64,000 bases of DNA from positions 1-64,000 of the forward strand of contig CAYWJO010000006.1 of assembly GCA_964458565.1 (NCBI GenBank). Direction: 5' to 3'. Under the pieces are notes generated by a model. That model saw only the letters and a list, made by a program, of their open reading frames with translations, ran no database searches and had not been told where the DNA came from. This DNA is from an uncultured archaeon (GTDB taxonomy: Archaea > Asgardarchaeota > Thorarchaeia > Thorarchaeales > Thorarchaeaceae). A program made the translations under genes and the position numbers. Shown piece after piece: positions 22,601-31,856 of the stretch (the stretch's first letter is position 1; each line of letters starts with the position of its first letter).

Positions 22601-22806
22601 TAGGTGGCCAGGCTGCACTTGATGTTCTTCTGGAAATGGTTGATGATGAACGTCCAGAAGTAAGGGTGATAGTGACCAGCTATATTGCTCAGTTCAAGGA
22701 CTCGCGAGTAATTCCTGCTCTAAGAGAACGGCTGAATGATGAGAGTGAAGAGGTTCGGAAAATGGCAGAACAGTGGCTTGGCCATCTGGAAAAGAAAGAA
22801 TCATAG
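19645..22806 (+). CDS. HEAT-repeat (PBS lyase-like) alpha-solenoid protein with an unknown N-terminal domain
   Basis: Numerous LxxxLxDxxxxVRxxAAxALGxxxDxRA repeats. Confidence 0.9.
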   Translation: MKMKFKESLRKALLLEVEDIQDRYGATFEEDGPPEVAIKTKKGGAWLWVNSKADYSGATWDPSTDRLSGDPYSAHVYHDWVGDLKEAPKTIASVDELNSWALLHTRYKRQYTDVGSWGVHSGRWVDDITSEGIVKLRVESKMTFQDVSPVSETTSHEVDLSAFSERSLDILLKLLKDDNPFVREISAKLLGTQRDVKAVGALIETTDDESRYVQAMAIIALGKIGGDEAFGRLKAMLFNDSHHLDLIVKALIELGESILDELVPAFEIENERVPMAFIRILEGIGSNKAISILHQYLSDERISIRARIIKALGQIESSKSIDVLIKGLEDIEPEVQRLAAQALGKLKDKRVVEPLVKALLANYKWVRSDAAKSLEVLGWQPSNSEENIWYIYAKQEWKKLVALGESATEMILRAMDDDDRYVRGELLRPISKAAVPFTDPRIVESIIKIYSDKETMSYRLRDAIKALGNLPILNSTEFLISKYLQDEADSLGLRGVIVDSITDHLISGLAVADTLIHILKKKKIENLTKSQIEIALELFNLIPISHDQIKVIKPWLEWIDEQKYDYKSSTKPIISGLFDLEYLTPDLSNDDIRVREKAIGLISKIKIPSVAFPLIYALEDDNPLIRERAAAALSKLGVGPLSILLTALSNEEAHVRIGAAEALGGIRNARAAKYLLKALRDKHRVVRQNAAWALGELYLAREEYNELRKKIIQALTKRMRTDDYFPVRFNAVYALSRINDSRAVIPLLEAMDNPAVEFRLNASFGFIKMSQVLRKPSKLQSKIIDRLILALSDEVDRVRYNAVDALRMYGGKKALIALTALKNDDDIEMRQLVERSIEEITELGKKERRSWQYSVRTHYELRYPDVIEDYIHLLCDDDESVQLEAQKALGRFGQLAFDRLMEILQDENEVWLKREGAAGALGRVGDKRAVKILIKTLKDDNEMVRCNSAWALAELKDKRSLKALLKATKDKFWMVRVNAAAGVGKLGGQAALDVLLEMVDDERPEVRVIVTSYIAQFKDSRVIPALRERLNDESEEVRKMAEQWLGHLEKKES

Positions 22807-22956
22807 GAAATAGAATCACTATCAAATGCTTGAAATGGACGCATTGAGAATCGTAGAGTAGGAAGAGAGTTGTCATCTGCAAAAGTAAGTGGATAATGAA
22901 GAAAAAAGGGAGATGCTCCATTACGGAATCAATGACATCTTGCTCCAAGATTGCGT

Positions 22957-23298
22957 TTATTGGGATTCTCTCTCAAGCAACTCATCCGGTATATTCTCTA
23001 AGAGGCTCTTTAATTTCAAGATGTACTTTTGAAAAGACCCTGATCCCGTTGGGGTGATTTCAACGATAATTAATGGTCGCCAAGATATAATTCGACGGTT
23101 TTTCACAAATCCGGCCTCTTCTAGTTTTCTAAGGTGATGATCGAGATTCCCCGGAGTAAGCCCTAATAATTTTGTAAGTTCAAGAAAGCCAACTCGCCTC
23201 TTCAAGAAGAGGAGGTATATTATAGAGAAGCGAGGCTGCGACTGAAAGACCTTTTCCTCTTCAGTTAGTATCAGAGGTTCTTTCAGAGTGATTCCCAC
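22957..23298 (-). CDS. Winged-HTH transcriptional regulator (ArsR/HTH_34-like)
   Basis: FLELTKLLGLTPGNLDHHLRKLEEAGFV...ITPTG. Confidence 0.85.
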   Translation of the reverse strand: MGITLKEPLILTEEEKVFQSQPRFSIIYLLFLKRRVGFLELTKLLGLTPGNLDHHLRKLEEAGFVKNRRIISWRPLIIVEITPTGSGSFQKYILKLKSLLENIPDELLERESQ

Positions 23299-23309
23299 CT
23301 ACGTTGGTC

Positions 23310-23939
23310 CTAATTCGAGCTCTGCAGAGTTGCATTAGCTATTTGATGCATGAAAAGACCTCCTACGATGAAACACATCGAGAAGGCAATAAGCGCTAGA
23401 TATCCGGATAGAACGAGGTCCGTTATGATCAGTAGGGGTAGTGACACTAGTCCTAACATGATTCCAAGGTATAAAATAACCCTCTCTTGGATATGCGAGG
23501 CAGTCAATCTAAGAACGAGATAAGACAAGAGACAGGCAATACTTGCAGCCCAGAGTAATGACACCATTCTGAAAGGGTCCGGAACAAAGTTCAGGAGCGT
23601 AAAACTCACAAACCAAATGATGGCAATTATTGGCCCGTGGCTAGCTCCATTTGATTCTTGGTCAGTCTTCTGTCTCATCGTTCGCCAGGCATTAAAAAAC
23701 AGCGAAGCAACAAGGCCCCAGCAGAGCAGGACTGTTATAATACTCGCAATAAGAAGTAGGAGAGTAGCATCCAAACCCGTGGACAAGGCGAGGATTTGTA
23801 TATTGATATCAATGAATACACCTAGAGGAAATATTATGCCTATGATAATTAGTGCTCTTCCCCAAGCTCGCTGAAAGAGATACTCTTCGTAGCGTTCAAC
23901 AACGCTCAATGCCTCGAGTACCTTGTCGATTGTTTCCAA
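23310..23939 (-). CDS. Six-TM membrane protein, co-transcribed with the HTH regulator
   Basis: Hydrophobic segments; 11 nt upstream of the HTH gene. Confidence 0.75.
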   Translation of the reverse strand: METIDKVLEALSVVERYEEYLFQRAWGRALIIIGIIFPLGVFIDINIQILALSTGLDATLLLLIASIITVLLCWGLVASLFFNAWRTMRQKTDQESNGASHGPIIAIIWFVSFTLLNFVPDPFRMVSLLWAASIACLLSYLVLRLTASHIQERVILYLGIMLGLVSLPLLIITDLVLSGYLALIAFSMCFIVGGLFMHQIANATLQSSN

Positions 23940-23993
23940 TACGAATCACTCCTATCTATATTAGCCATCATACAGGGATAAATGATGACCCTG

Positions 23994-24008
23994 TTCTGTA
24001 CTACAGAA
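23994..24008. promoter_or_regulatory. Palindromic operator candidate
   Basis: TTCTGTA-C-TACAGAA perfect inverted repeat in the divergent gap between the regulator operon and the ABC operon. Confidence 0.55.
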
Positions 24009-24049
24009 TTGTTTCATGTTTTATTTAGACTTGCGTCTTTATTATTACT

Positions 24050-25006
24050 ATGACAGATCTTTCGACTATAGCAATAGACGTAGAAAATGTATCAAAAGGA
24101 TACAATGAAACAGTTGTGTTACGTAGTGTTTCTCTCACGATCAGAAGGGGTGAGTTCTATATCCTGATGGGACCAAATGGATCAGGTAAGAGCACTCTCA
24201 TGTCAATTATCGCTGGTACGAATCATTTCGACTCTGGTTCAGTCAAGATTCTTGGTGATGATATTCTTGAGAAGAAACTACTAGCCAGACAACACATTGG
24301 GTATGTACCTCAGGAGAACTACTGTTCAGCGTTCCTGACTGGAAGAGAGAACCTCAGGTATTTTGCCAGACTATTAGGACTTACAGGTTCGGATTCGAAG
24401 AAGCTCATTGACCATCTCCTAGAGATGATGGAACTGACTGATGCTGCTGATAAGAGGGTTGCAGAATACAGTGGTGGGATGAGAAAGAAACTCGAAGTTG
24501 CCACTGCATTGTTAGGAGATGCTGAAATATTATTACTTGATGAGCCTACAACAGGTCTTGACCCTGGAGTGAGGAAGGAATTTCTCAAACTACTCTGCCG
24601 CATAAACAGGCAGGGAACCACAATCCTACTTGTCACACACATTGGTGAAGATGCTGAGATGGCATCACGAATTGGATTCATGGTTGATGGGTCGATAATT
24701 GCTGAGGACAAGCCAGAATTACTCAAGGAAAAAAGTGGTGTGCAGGGCTCGATAGTTATCAATGCAATTCCCAGAGATCAGAACCTGAGCTTACTGCTTG
24801 CTAGTCTTGATGATGATTGTATTGTGATAGAACACGAGGATGGTTTTGAGATGGCATGTGAGAAAGCAGTTGGATTAATCCCAGTAATCATAGAGGCACT
24901 CAAAGAAGCAGGATATCAGTTGGTCAGTATTGATACCAATCCTCCGAGTCTTGAAGATGTATTCTATCGGTTGACTGAAGTCCTAGTTCGTGGTGATGTG
25001 CAATGA
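24050..25006 (+). CDS. ABC-2 type exporter ATP-binding protein
   Basis: GPNGSGKST, YSGGM, LLLDEPT, VTH; C-terminal PSLEDVF. Confidence 0.95.
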   Translation: MTDLSTIAIDVENVSKGYNETVVLRSVSLTIRRGEFYILMGPNGSGKSTLMSIIAGTNHFDSGSVKILGDDILEKKLLARQHIGYVPQENYCSAFLTGRENLRYFARLLGLTGSDSKKLIDHLLEMMELTDAADKRVAEYSGGMRKKLEVATALLGDAEILLLDEPTTGLDPGVRKEFLKLLCRINRQGTTILLVTHIGEDAEMASRIGFMVDGSIIAEDKPELLKEKSGVQGSIVINAIPRDQNLSLLLASLDDDCIVIEHEDGFEMACEKAVGLIPVIIEALKEAGYQLVSIDTNPPSLEDVFYRLTEVLVRGDVQ

Positions 25007-25779
25007 TATTCATGGAGCAGATTATTGCATCATTCTCCAGGTCAATGAGAATCTTTCTCCGAGACAAGGCAATCTTTGGGTCTTCGATATTCGTCCCCAT
25101 TTTTTTCCTGTTGATTCTCCCCCAAGTTATGTTCTATAATGCACCAGCGGAGGTCATGCCTGGATTGAAAGGATATCTCACAATTGCCATGATAATCCTA
25201 CTCACAATGACAACAGGTATGAGCAATCTTGCAGGATCTATCGCAGGAGATAGAGACCACGACCTATATTCCAAGCTCTCATCAATGCCTATCAGTCCGT
25301 GGTCAGAGAGTATCGGGCGTATTATCACGGTCATTGTCTTTTCGTCAATAGGTAGTATTATCATACTCAGCCTAGGATTACTAACTGGAGCTGAGCTCGT
25401 TGTTGGAATGATTGATCTGCCATTGATAATCTGTGTGTGGTTCTTCATCGTTCTCATAAGTGCAGGTTTCGGTTTCATCATATCGTCCTTTGTGAGAAGT
25501 GAATCAGCAGCATCTCATGTAGGAGTAGCAATAGTTCTGAGCAATTATTTCATCGGGATTGCGGTCCCATATGGAGACCTACCAGAAATGCTCAAGGGAT
25601 TTGCCAGATTCAATCCTATCTCTGCAGGTAACAATATGATAGCCTCAATAGTCTACGGACAGGATTTTGTTGGATATGATCCTTTGATCCTCATTGACTT
25701 GGGGTTGATGTTTATCTTATGTAGTGTAATCTTCGTGATTGGAATGCTACTTTATTCAAGATGTTGCTGGCGAAGGTAG
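25003..25779 (+). CDS. ABC-2 type exporter permease
   Basis: Six TM segments, LPEMLKGFARFNPIS; ATGA overlap with the ATPase gene. Confidence 0.9.
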   Translation: MIFMEQIIASFSRSMRIFLRDKAIFGSSIFVPIFFLLILPQVMFYNAPAEVMPGLKGYLTIAMIILLTMTTGMSNLAGSIAGDRDHDLYSKLSSMPISPWSESIGRIITVIVFSSIGSIIILSLGLLTGAELVVGMIDLPLIICVWFFIVLISAGFGFIISSFVRSESAASHVGVAIVLSNYFIGIAVPYGDLPEMLKGFARFNPISAGNNMIASIVYGQDFVGYDPLILIDLGLMFILCSVIFVIGMLLYSRCCWRR

Positions 25780-25833
25780 TGCGAGGTAAGAGTGAGATTG
25801 ATTGTTGATTGTGGTAGCCCTATAACTCACTCT

Positions 25834-26394
25834 TCATTCTCTCACCTTGTCTACAAGTTCAGTTGCCCAGCTTCGAATTTCATCCCAGTCACGAGTGTCA
25901 TATACATCAGGCGCAGTCTGCGGAATTCCAGCTTCTTCCAATAACAGTTTGAATGGCCCCATTGTTTTTCGAAAGAAGAAACCCATCTTATTGAAGTCCC
26001 AGACACCTCCAAACATTGCCATTGCAATGGGATTCAGATTGTACTTCACTGTTTTTTCAACAAGATAATCCTGCCATGCTTTTTCCATTTCTTCTGTTTT
26101 CCCTTCATACTCAAGTGTTGCCTGAGCTGCAGAAGACACAAAGATAGCCAACTTCTTTTGTATGAACGCGTCTTGGAATTTCTTCAGAAATCCTTCAGCC
26201 TCACCGGTCCATCTGAAAATCTTCATACCACTTCCAACGATGACAAGATCATATTCAGAGATGTCGGATATCTTCGTCTTTTTCGTATTAACAACATCAA
26301 CATCGAAATCCTCCTGACGAAGTACCTTAGCAATCTCCTCAGAAGTGCTAGCTGTTGCACCATATCTTGTACCATATGCGATTAGTGCTTTCAC
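25834..26394 (-). CDS. Flavodoxin-domain protein (HemG/Flavodoxin_5-like)
   Basis: IAYGTRYGAT FMN loop, YDLVIVGS, FGG, DTRDWDEIRSWA. Confidence 0.85.
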   Translation of the reverse strand: MKALIAYGTRYGATASTSEEIAKVLRQEDFDVDVVNTKKTKISDISEYDLVIVGSGMKIFRWTGEAEGFLKKFQDAFIQKKLAIFVSSAAQATLEYEGKTEEMEKAWQDYLVEKTVKYNLNPIAMAMFGGVWDFNKMGFFFRKTMGPFKLLLEEAGIPQTAPDVYDTRDWDEIRSWATELVDKVRE

Positions 26395-26523
26395 ACGATT
26401 TACCTCATGAGAGGAAAATCTAGAGATTCTAATAAATCATAGTTCCTAAACCATCACGAATTCTACATTTCATTGAATAGGACAGGTTAGGTAATGTGTC
26501 AATGTTCTCGCTAATGATTAATC

Positions 26524-26973
26524 TCAGACAAAACCGTGCCAGATTCTATAGACCTCCGCCCAGAGGAATGAACAACCTAATGTCCCAAGTACAAGAGCAA
26601 ATACATTGTGTACACCAAAGGAGAAGCTGACAGTAAACATGTAGAAGACAAAGATACCGGTGAAGAAGACTGCGTAAAACACTGTCCGAGGGATTATCTT
26701 CTCCTTTATAAACAAGAAATTATCGAGAAAACCAATATCAGCCTTTGGATGAATTTTGTACTCGCCATGAACACTCTTCTCAAGCAATTCTAGCTCAATT
26801 AGCTTCTCAAGATGATAGAGAGCCACACTTGGACTACTGAGGTCCATATGCCTAGCTAGATCTCTTGGACCAATGAATGTCTTCAAGCCGATGAGAGTCA
26901 CTAGGACCCTCCAGGTTGTTGAGCCCAAGTCCATTATCAGTGGTCGTCCATTTTCTTCATTGCCTTTGTTCAA
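26524..26973 (-). CDS. Membrane-tethered winged-HTH regulator (HTH plus two C-terminal TM), copy A
   Basis: GPRDLARHMDLSSPSVALYHLEKL...GEY; IPR followed by two TM helices; start overlaps the upstream stop. Confidence 0.8.
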   Translation of the reverse strand: MNKGNEENGRPLIMDLGSTTWRVLVTLIGLKTFIGPRDLARHMDLSSPSVALYHLEKLIELELLEKSVHGEYKIHPKADIGFLDNFLFIKEKIIPRTVFYAVFFTGIFVFYMFTVSFSFGVHNVFALVLGTLGCSFLWAEVYRIWHGFV

Positions 26974-28877
26974 TTCGACCCACCAGCTGAATTATCCTTG
27001 ACTGACCTAAATCTATTGTATGTATAAATCAGTAACCCAGCGACTGGGACCATTAAAATCATGTAAGCACCTATTGAAAGTGAGATCACCACACCTAGAT
27101 AATCTGAGTAGAGAATCAGGGATACAAACATGATTAATGGCCCGATCAAACTGTAGAGGAAGGTCAGATTGTTTTTCGGAGGTTCCATAAACGAGCGGAT
27201 TATTAGAATCAGGGGTAACCAAATTGTGAATATTACAGCTGGTAAAAATGGCCAGATAGGAAAATTGACAGGTAGAATTAGACTTCCACCACTTCGTGCA
27301 AAGATAATGAGGAGGGCGACGAAAGCCACGTACTCTATGGTGTAGGTCCCTCCAGCAGTATCAATACTCTGCGAGAGCGTGAACCAAGGTACGAATAGGC
27401 TTCCAACGAGAAAAAGGAATGATACACTAGGTGCATCTCTACCGAGATGTTCCCAGATTTGAATATCGGTGTTACGCCATAGAAGCACAAAACCTGCAAG
27501 AATGATAGCTATAAGGAGTGAGAACACGATGGTTTCGCCTGGTGCCAAAGCCAGACCAAGGAATTCGAAATAGGGAAGTTTGATGTCCATGGTAAGATCC
27601 GTTACGCCATCAACTCCACATTCATAAAATTGGGTGAAATAACTGGAACTGAATAAGTCAGCATCCCATGACGTGACATCTATCAGAAGGTCGCCGTCGA
27701 TAAGAGGAATATAAAGTGAAATTGGAGTTGACTCTACTAGGTGCGAGAAAGAGTAATACCAATAGGAATAACTAACACCATCTTGTGGCGTGATTGTGAC
27801 TCTAGATTGAGGGTCTCGAAATCTCATCAAAATTTGAAGACTAGGCACATTTGGAGATACAACAACGGTCACTTTGATAGTCGGAATCTCAGGTTCTATT
27901 ATCGTTATTGCATTCTCTTCGATGGTAAAGTCTATTGAAGTAGTTGCATTGAACCGAGCTGGGAGGTTCCAACCAGCGGTTCCATTGTATTCTCCAAGAG
28001 GCAGATAGAATGTATCATTTGCTGCTTTGATTATTGCAAGAGAGAAATTGTTGGTGGCATTATTGGTAATGTTGAGAAATGGACTCGGGTTCAGGTAAAT
28101 AGAGTATGGATTTGCATAGATGCTTGTGCCTCTAGTGGTCATTGGATCAATTTGGACTGGAGAGACCTCAGTTGAATATTCAGCTTCAATTCGTACTCCT
28201 TTGACTATGATGGTGCTGGGGGAGAGTGTGATGAGAATGACTCTAAACTCAACTTGTAAAATCCAATCATCTGTTGCATTTCTAATCATATCTAGAGGGG
28301 AGTCTATGCTTAGTGTATCACGCTCATTATCTTCAAAAGACCTCTCAATAGAATAGTGTGTCAAGTCCCAGAGTGTGTTGTTAACGCGTACACTCATCAA
28401 ATCGCCCAATCTTCTGAAGCCTGTATATATTGCAACATCAGTGGTTCCAGATACACTCTCTAATTCGACTGTGAATGACAGACTAGTAAGATTCTGAAAA
28501 CCTACGTTGAGGTCTGTCCTATATGTAGTTTCAGAATGACTCGATGAAATATGTTGCCCATCAGCAGCAATGATTGCCTCGTATTCTGAACGACCTTCAT
28601 GACTGACTACCTGCTGAATCCAATCAATATCACCGGGAAAAGGAGTAACATTGAGGATGCACCCATTGAAAGTACTATCGAGTGATTCGATTCGCGTTGA
28701 ACTCTCTGGGTGCATTGGGATATTATCTGACTCAATCAAACTCACCACAGGTGATGGTGTTGTTGGTACAAAGACAACTATGATAGATCCAAGAACGATG
28801 GATAAGACCAAGCCAAGAAAAATGCTCGTCATTATCTTTTTTGTGAATAGTGATTGCTTCCTTCGCATCTCAGGCAC
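26970..28877 (-). CDS. Membrane protein: N-terminal TM, ~400-aa extracellular beta-rich region, ~6 C-terminal TM; copy A
   Basis: Hydropathy by eye; multiple NxS/T sequons; homologous to 37719-39566. Confidence 0.75.
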   Translation of the reverse strand: MPEMRRKQSLFTKKIMTSIFLGLVLSIVLGSIIVVFVPTTPSPVVSLIESDNIPMHPESSTRIESLDSTFNGCILNVTPFPGDIDWIQQVVSHEGRSEYEAIIAADGQHISSSHSETTYRTDLNVGFQNLTSLSFTVELESVSGTTDVAIYTGFRRLGDLMSVRVNNTLWDLTHYSIERSFEDNERDTLSIDSPLDMIRNATDDWILQVEFRVILITLSPSTIIVKGVRIEAEYSTEVSPVQIDPMTTRGTSIYANPYSIYLNPSPFLNITNNATNNFSLAIIKAANDTFYLPLGEYNGTAGWNLPARFNATTSIDFTIEENAITIIEPEIPTIKVTVVVSPNVPSLQILMRFRDPQSRVTITPQDGVSYSYWYYSFSHLVESTPISLYIPLIDGDLLIDVTSWDADLFSSSYFTQFYECGVDGVTDLTMDIKLPYFEFLGLALAPGETIVFSLLIAIILAGFVLLWRNTDIQIWEHLGRDAPSVSFLFLVGSLFVPWFTLSQSIDTAGGTYTIEYVAFVALLIIFARSGGSLILPVNFPIWPFLPAVIFTIWLPLILIIRSFMEPPKNNLTFLYSLIGPLIMFVSLILYSDYLGVVISLSIGAYMILMVPVAGLLIYTYNRFRSVKDNSAGGSN

Positions 28878-28971
28878 TAAGTATAGACTTAATCAATTCT
28901 TACTTCAATCTACGCCTTAGAACGGTGTTCTGATTTGTAGAACACTAGATAGAACGAGGGTTCCTTGACGT

Positions 28972-29391
28972 TTATTCGCCAATAATTTTGATTAAGACTC
29001 GCTTGTTCCGACGACCATCGAACTCTCCATAGAAGATTGCCTCCCAAGGTCCGAGATCTAATCTACCACTGGTTATAGCAATCACAACTTCACGCCCCAT
29101 GATTTGTCGTTTGTGATGAGCGTCCCCATTGTCTTCGCCAGTCCGGTTGTGTTGATATCGACTGTGTGGTTCGTTGGGGGCGATTTCCTCAAGCCAGCGT
29201 TTATAGTCCGCATGAAGTCCACTTTCATTATCATTAATGAACACACTGGCAGTGATATGCATAGCATTTACCAGACACAGTCCTTCCTGGACACCACTTT
29301 CTGTAACTGCTGCTTCCACTTGAGGGGTTATATGAACAAAGTCCATTCGAGCTGGAACATTGAATGTAAGGTATTTTGTAAGGCTCCTCAT
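28972..29391 (-). CDS. yjbQ: YjbQ/UPF0047 family protein
   Basis: [15 protein letters not shown]...[24 protein letters not shown]. Confidence 0.9.
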   Translation of the reverse strand: MRSLTKYLTFNVPARMDFVHITPQVEAAVTESGVQEGLCLVNAMHITASVFINDNESGLHADYKRWLEEIAPNEPHSRYQHNRTGEDNGDAHHKRQIMGREVVIAITSGRLDLGPWEAIFYGEFDGRRNKRVLIKIIGE

Positions 29392-29643
29392 ACCAGAATG
29401 TATTTGCGGTGTTCCGTAAAAACATTATTGACTTTTCAAATGGGGAATATCCACAAGGTCTCTGAGTGCAGTTCCTAGTATTGGATGATTGGTTTACTTC
29501 AAGGACGCAGAACGCAATATGAGGGGAGTTGTGCAGGGTACCTCTGATTCCATAACAAATCTATCTCTACCAACTGACAAAAGCCTGATTAGGAGGCATC
29601 TGTTTTCATTACTCTCTATTGATATGAAAGAGGTGTCCATCAA

Positions 29644-30501
29644 GTGAAAGGGATTCGTGAACTTGTTTTTCTTGGGACAGGAGTTTCAGCAGGTGTCCCT
29701 GTATGGTTTTGTAATTGCGAAGTATGTGAAGCTGCAAGGATTGATTCAACACAGTACCGAACAAGATCTTCATTGGCACTCCTTGGTGAGGAAACAACCC
29801 TGATAGATGCAGCACCAGACATCTCGTTTCAGTTGAATAGAGAACGGATTCATCGGGTAGATCAAGTTTTCCTGACTCATTGGCACCTGGATCACGTATA
29901 TGGATTGGGATTTCTTGGAGAAGCAGTTATGCTTACGGGATGGAATCCAATTGATGTCTATATACCAGAAGGTGATATACAATACTTCGAGAGGCAAATG
30001 CACTTTATGGAGCGATTTGTCAAAATACATCCCGTACAACCAGGAATGACCATTGAACTTGCAGATGCGACATACGAGGTTGTAAAGACTCAGCATACAG
30101 AAGCTAGTGTAGGATATATTGTGAATTCAGGAAAGAGATTTGCATACTATCTAGATACAGGATATCCCACACCGGAAATGATTGAGCAGTTGACAGATAT
30201 CGACTTCTTGATTGTTGAAGCCACACTGGATTTCATAGAACAGACAGGTGTTTCGTCTGGAATGGATATTAAGAAACTCCATCTTGGTATGGATGATGCC
30301 TACAGGTTATGGAAAGACGTTGGTTGTCCAGAATGCATCTTCACTCACTTTGCATGTCATGGATTCAGGGGTGATATTGGAGATAATCCATTTGTTCAAG
30401 GGTTCACTCACAAAGAGAGATTAGAATATGCAGCGATGAGACCTGGACTAACGATTGCATATGATGGGATGAGAGTTGGCCTCCCTCTAGAATCGAATTA
30501 G
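29644..30501 (+). CDS. Metallo-beta-lactamase-fold hydrolase, PhnP-like
   Basis: FLGTG..GVP..CNCEVC, RTRSS, THWHLDH, DTG, THF. Confidence 0.85.
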   Translation: MKGIRELVFLGTGVSAGVPVWFCNCEVCEAARIDSTQYRTRSSLALLGEETTLIDAAPDISFQLNRERIHRVDQVFLTHWHLDHVYGLGFLGEAVMLTGWNPIDVYIPEGDIQYFERQMHFMERFVKIHPVQPGMTIELADATYEVVKTQHTEASVGYIVNSGKRFAYYLDTGYPTPEMIEQLTDIDFLIVEATLDFIEQTGVSSGMDIKKLHLGMDDAYRLWKDVGCPECIFTHFACHGFRGDIGDNPFVQGFTHKERLEYAAMRPGLTIAYDGMRVGLPLESN

Positions 30502-30612
30502 AAAGAAATTAACTGCATATTCCTAAATTTGAGACACATCAGAAAAACCACTATAAGCAATCTCAATAATAGAAACAATTGCGCCGCCTTCGAGGAACGG
30601 AGGACAAAACAT

Positions 30613-31749
30613 ATGATGAGAGGAACTCCCCGGAGGCAATTCAAGGTTTGCCTTATCGGAGATGGTTTTGTCGGAAAAACAAGTATACGTAGGAAATATT
30701 TGGGAATAGGTTTCAAACGTAGTTACATCCCAACTCTGGGTGTGGATTTTGCCCAGAAAACATTGATGTTTGATAACATCCCAACTAATCTGGTGATTTG
30801 GGATATTGCGGGGCAGGACCAGTTCCAGAGTCTCAGGAAACGGTACTATGATGGTTGTAGAGGAATTATCCTCGTTTACTCCGTGGTAGATCGTGCAGGT
30901 TTTGACAATGCTGTCAAGTGGCTAGTTGAGGCTCATGATTATATGGGGCAGCTACCAGCGTTGATAATCGCTGGAAATAAAATCGACTTAAGACCTACGA
31001 AACCACCTGAGGAAACCGTTTCATATGAGGAAGGCAAAAGATTCACTGAGAATATAGGTACTAAGTTGAACACACCCACCATATTCATTGAGACCTCAGC
31101 TTTGACTGGTGAAAATATCGATGATGCCTTTTCCAAATTGGTCGAGATGATGTTAGATATAGCCATGAAACGACGTACTCCGTCTGAAGAAACAGCACCA
31201 GCAGCAAGTCCTCCTGGAAGCGTCTCATACCAAACACCAACGGTAGATACGAGTGAATCTCAGTCCCCTCAACCAAGCCAACCCTCTGAAGCTAGTGCCA
31301 GCATGAGTACTGCATCTCAAAGCGATGTTGAAAGGCATACCGAGATTACACTAGATCCGATTATTGCATTACCAGCGGATTCGCCATATCTACAAGAGGA
31401 TCAAATCGGAAAAGATATGACAAAGCTTGTCAGCCTTCGCAATGAGCTTAAGATTATTGAACAAGACCTCGCAAATATCACATCGGATATAGAAACAAGT
31501 CTACTGAATCTGAGGAATATTATCCATGTCAAGAGAATCATGTATGAACACCTGAAGAAACAGTTACAGGAAACCAGAAAAGAGTGGGCGGATGCATATG
31601 AAGAATATCTAAAGACAGAGAAACGTAAGAAAGAAGAAATTGGGAAGAAAAGCAAAGAAATCGAACATATTAGAAGTAACATCGATACGATTGGTAAGAG
31701 CATCAGATCTCGTGTAAGTGAATTAGAATTGAAGAAGATGAGAGAGTGA
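30613..31749 (+). CDS. Rab/Ras-family small GTPase fused to an S/P/T-rich linker and a C-terminal coiled coil
   Basis: G1 GDGFVGKTS, G2 YIPTLGVDF, G3 WDIAGQ, G4 NKID, G5 ETSAL; heptad-rich last ~115 aa. Confidence 0.9.
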   Translation: MMRGTPRRQFKVCLIGDGFVGKTSIRRKYLGIGFKRSYIPTLGVDFAQKTLMFDNIPTNLVIWDIAGQDQFQSLRKRYYDGCRGIILVYSVVDRAGFDNAVKWLVEAHDYMGQLPALIIAGNKIDLRPTKPPEETVSYEEGKRFTENIGTKLNTPTIFIETSALTGENIDDAFSKLVEMMLDIAMKRRTPSEETAPAASPPGSVSYQTPTVDTSESQSPQPSQPSEASASMSTASQSDVERHTEITLDPIIALPADSPYLQEDQIGKDMTKLVSLRNELKIIEQDLANITSDIETSLLNLRNIIHVKRIMYEHLKKQLQETRKEWADAYEEYLKTEKRKKEEIGKKSKEIEHIRSNIDTIGKSIRSRVSELELKKMRE

Positions 31750-31856
31750 CTCCTTCCTTCTCCATATAATGTGAACCAGTCAGTTTCTCAACCGCCCAGA
31801 AAGCTTATCAAAGCTCAAACGCAAATAGTGTCACGACTCGGATTGAATGGGAGTAG

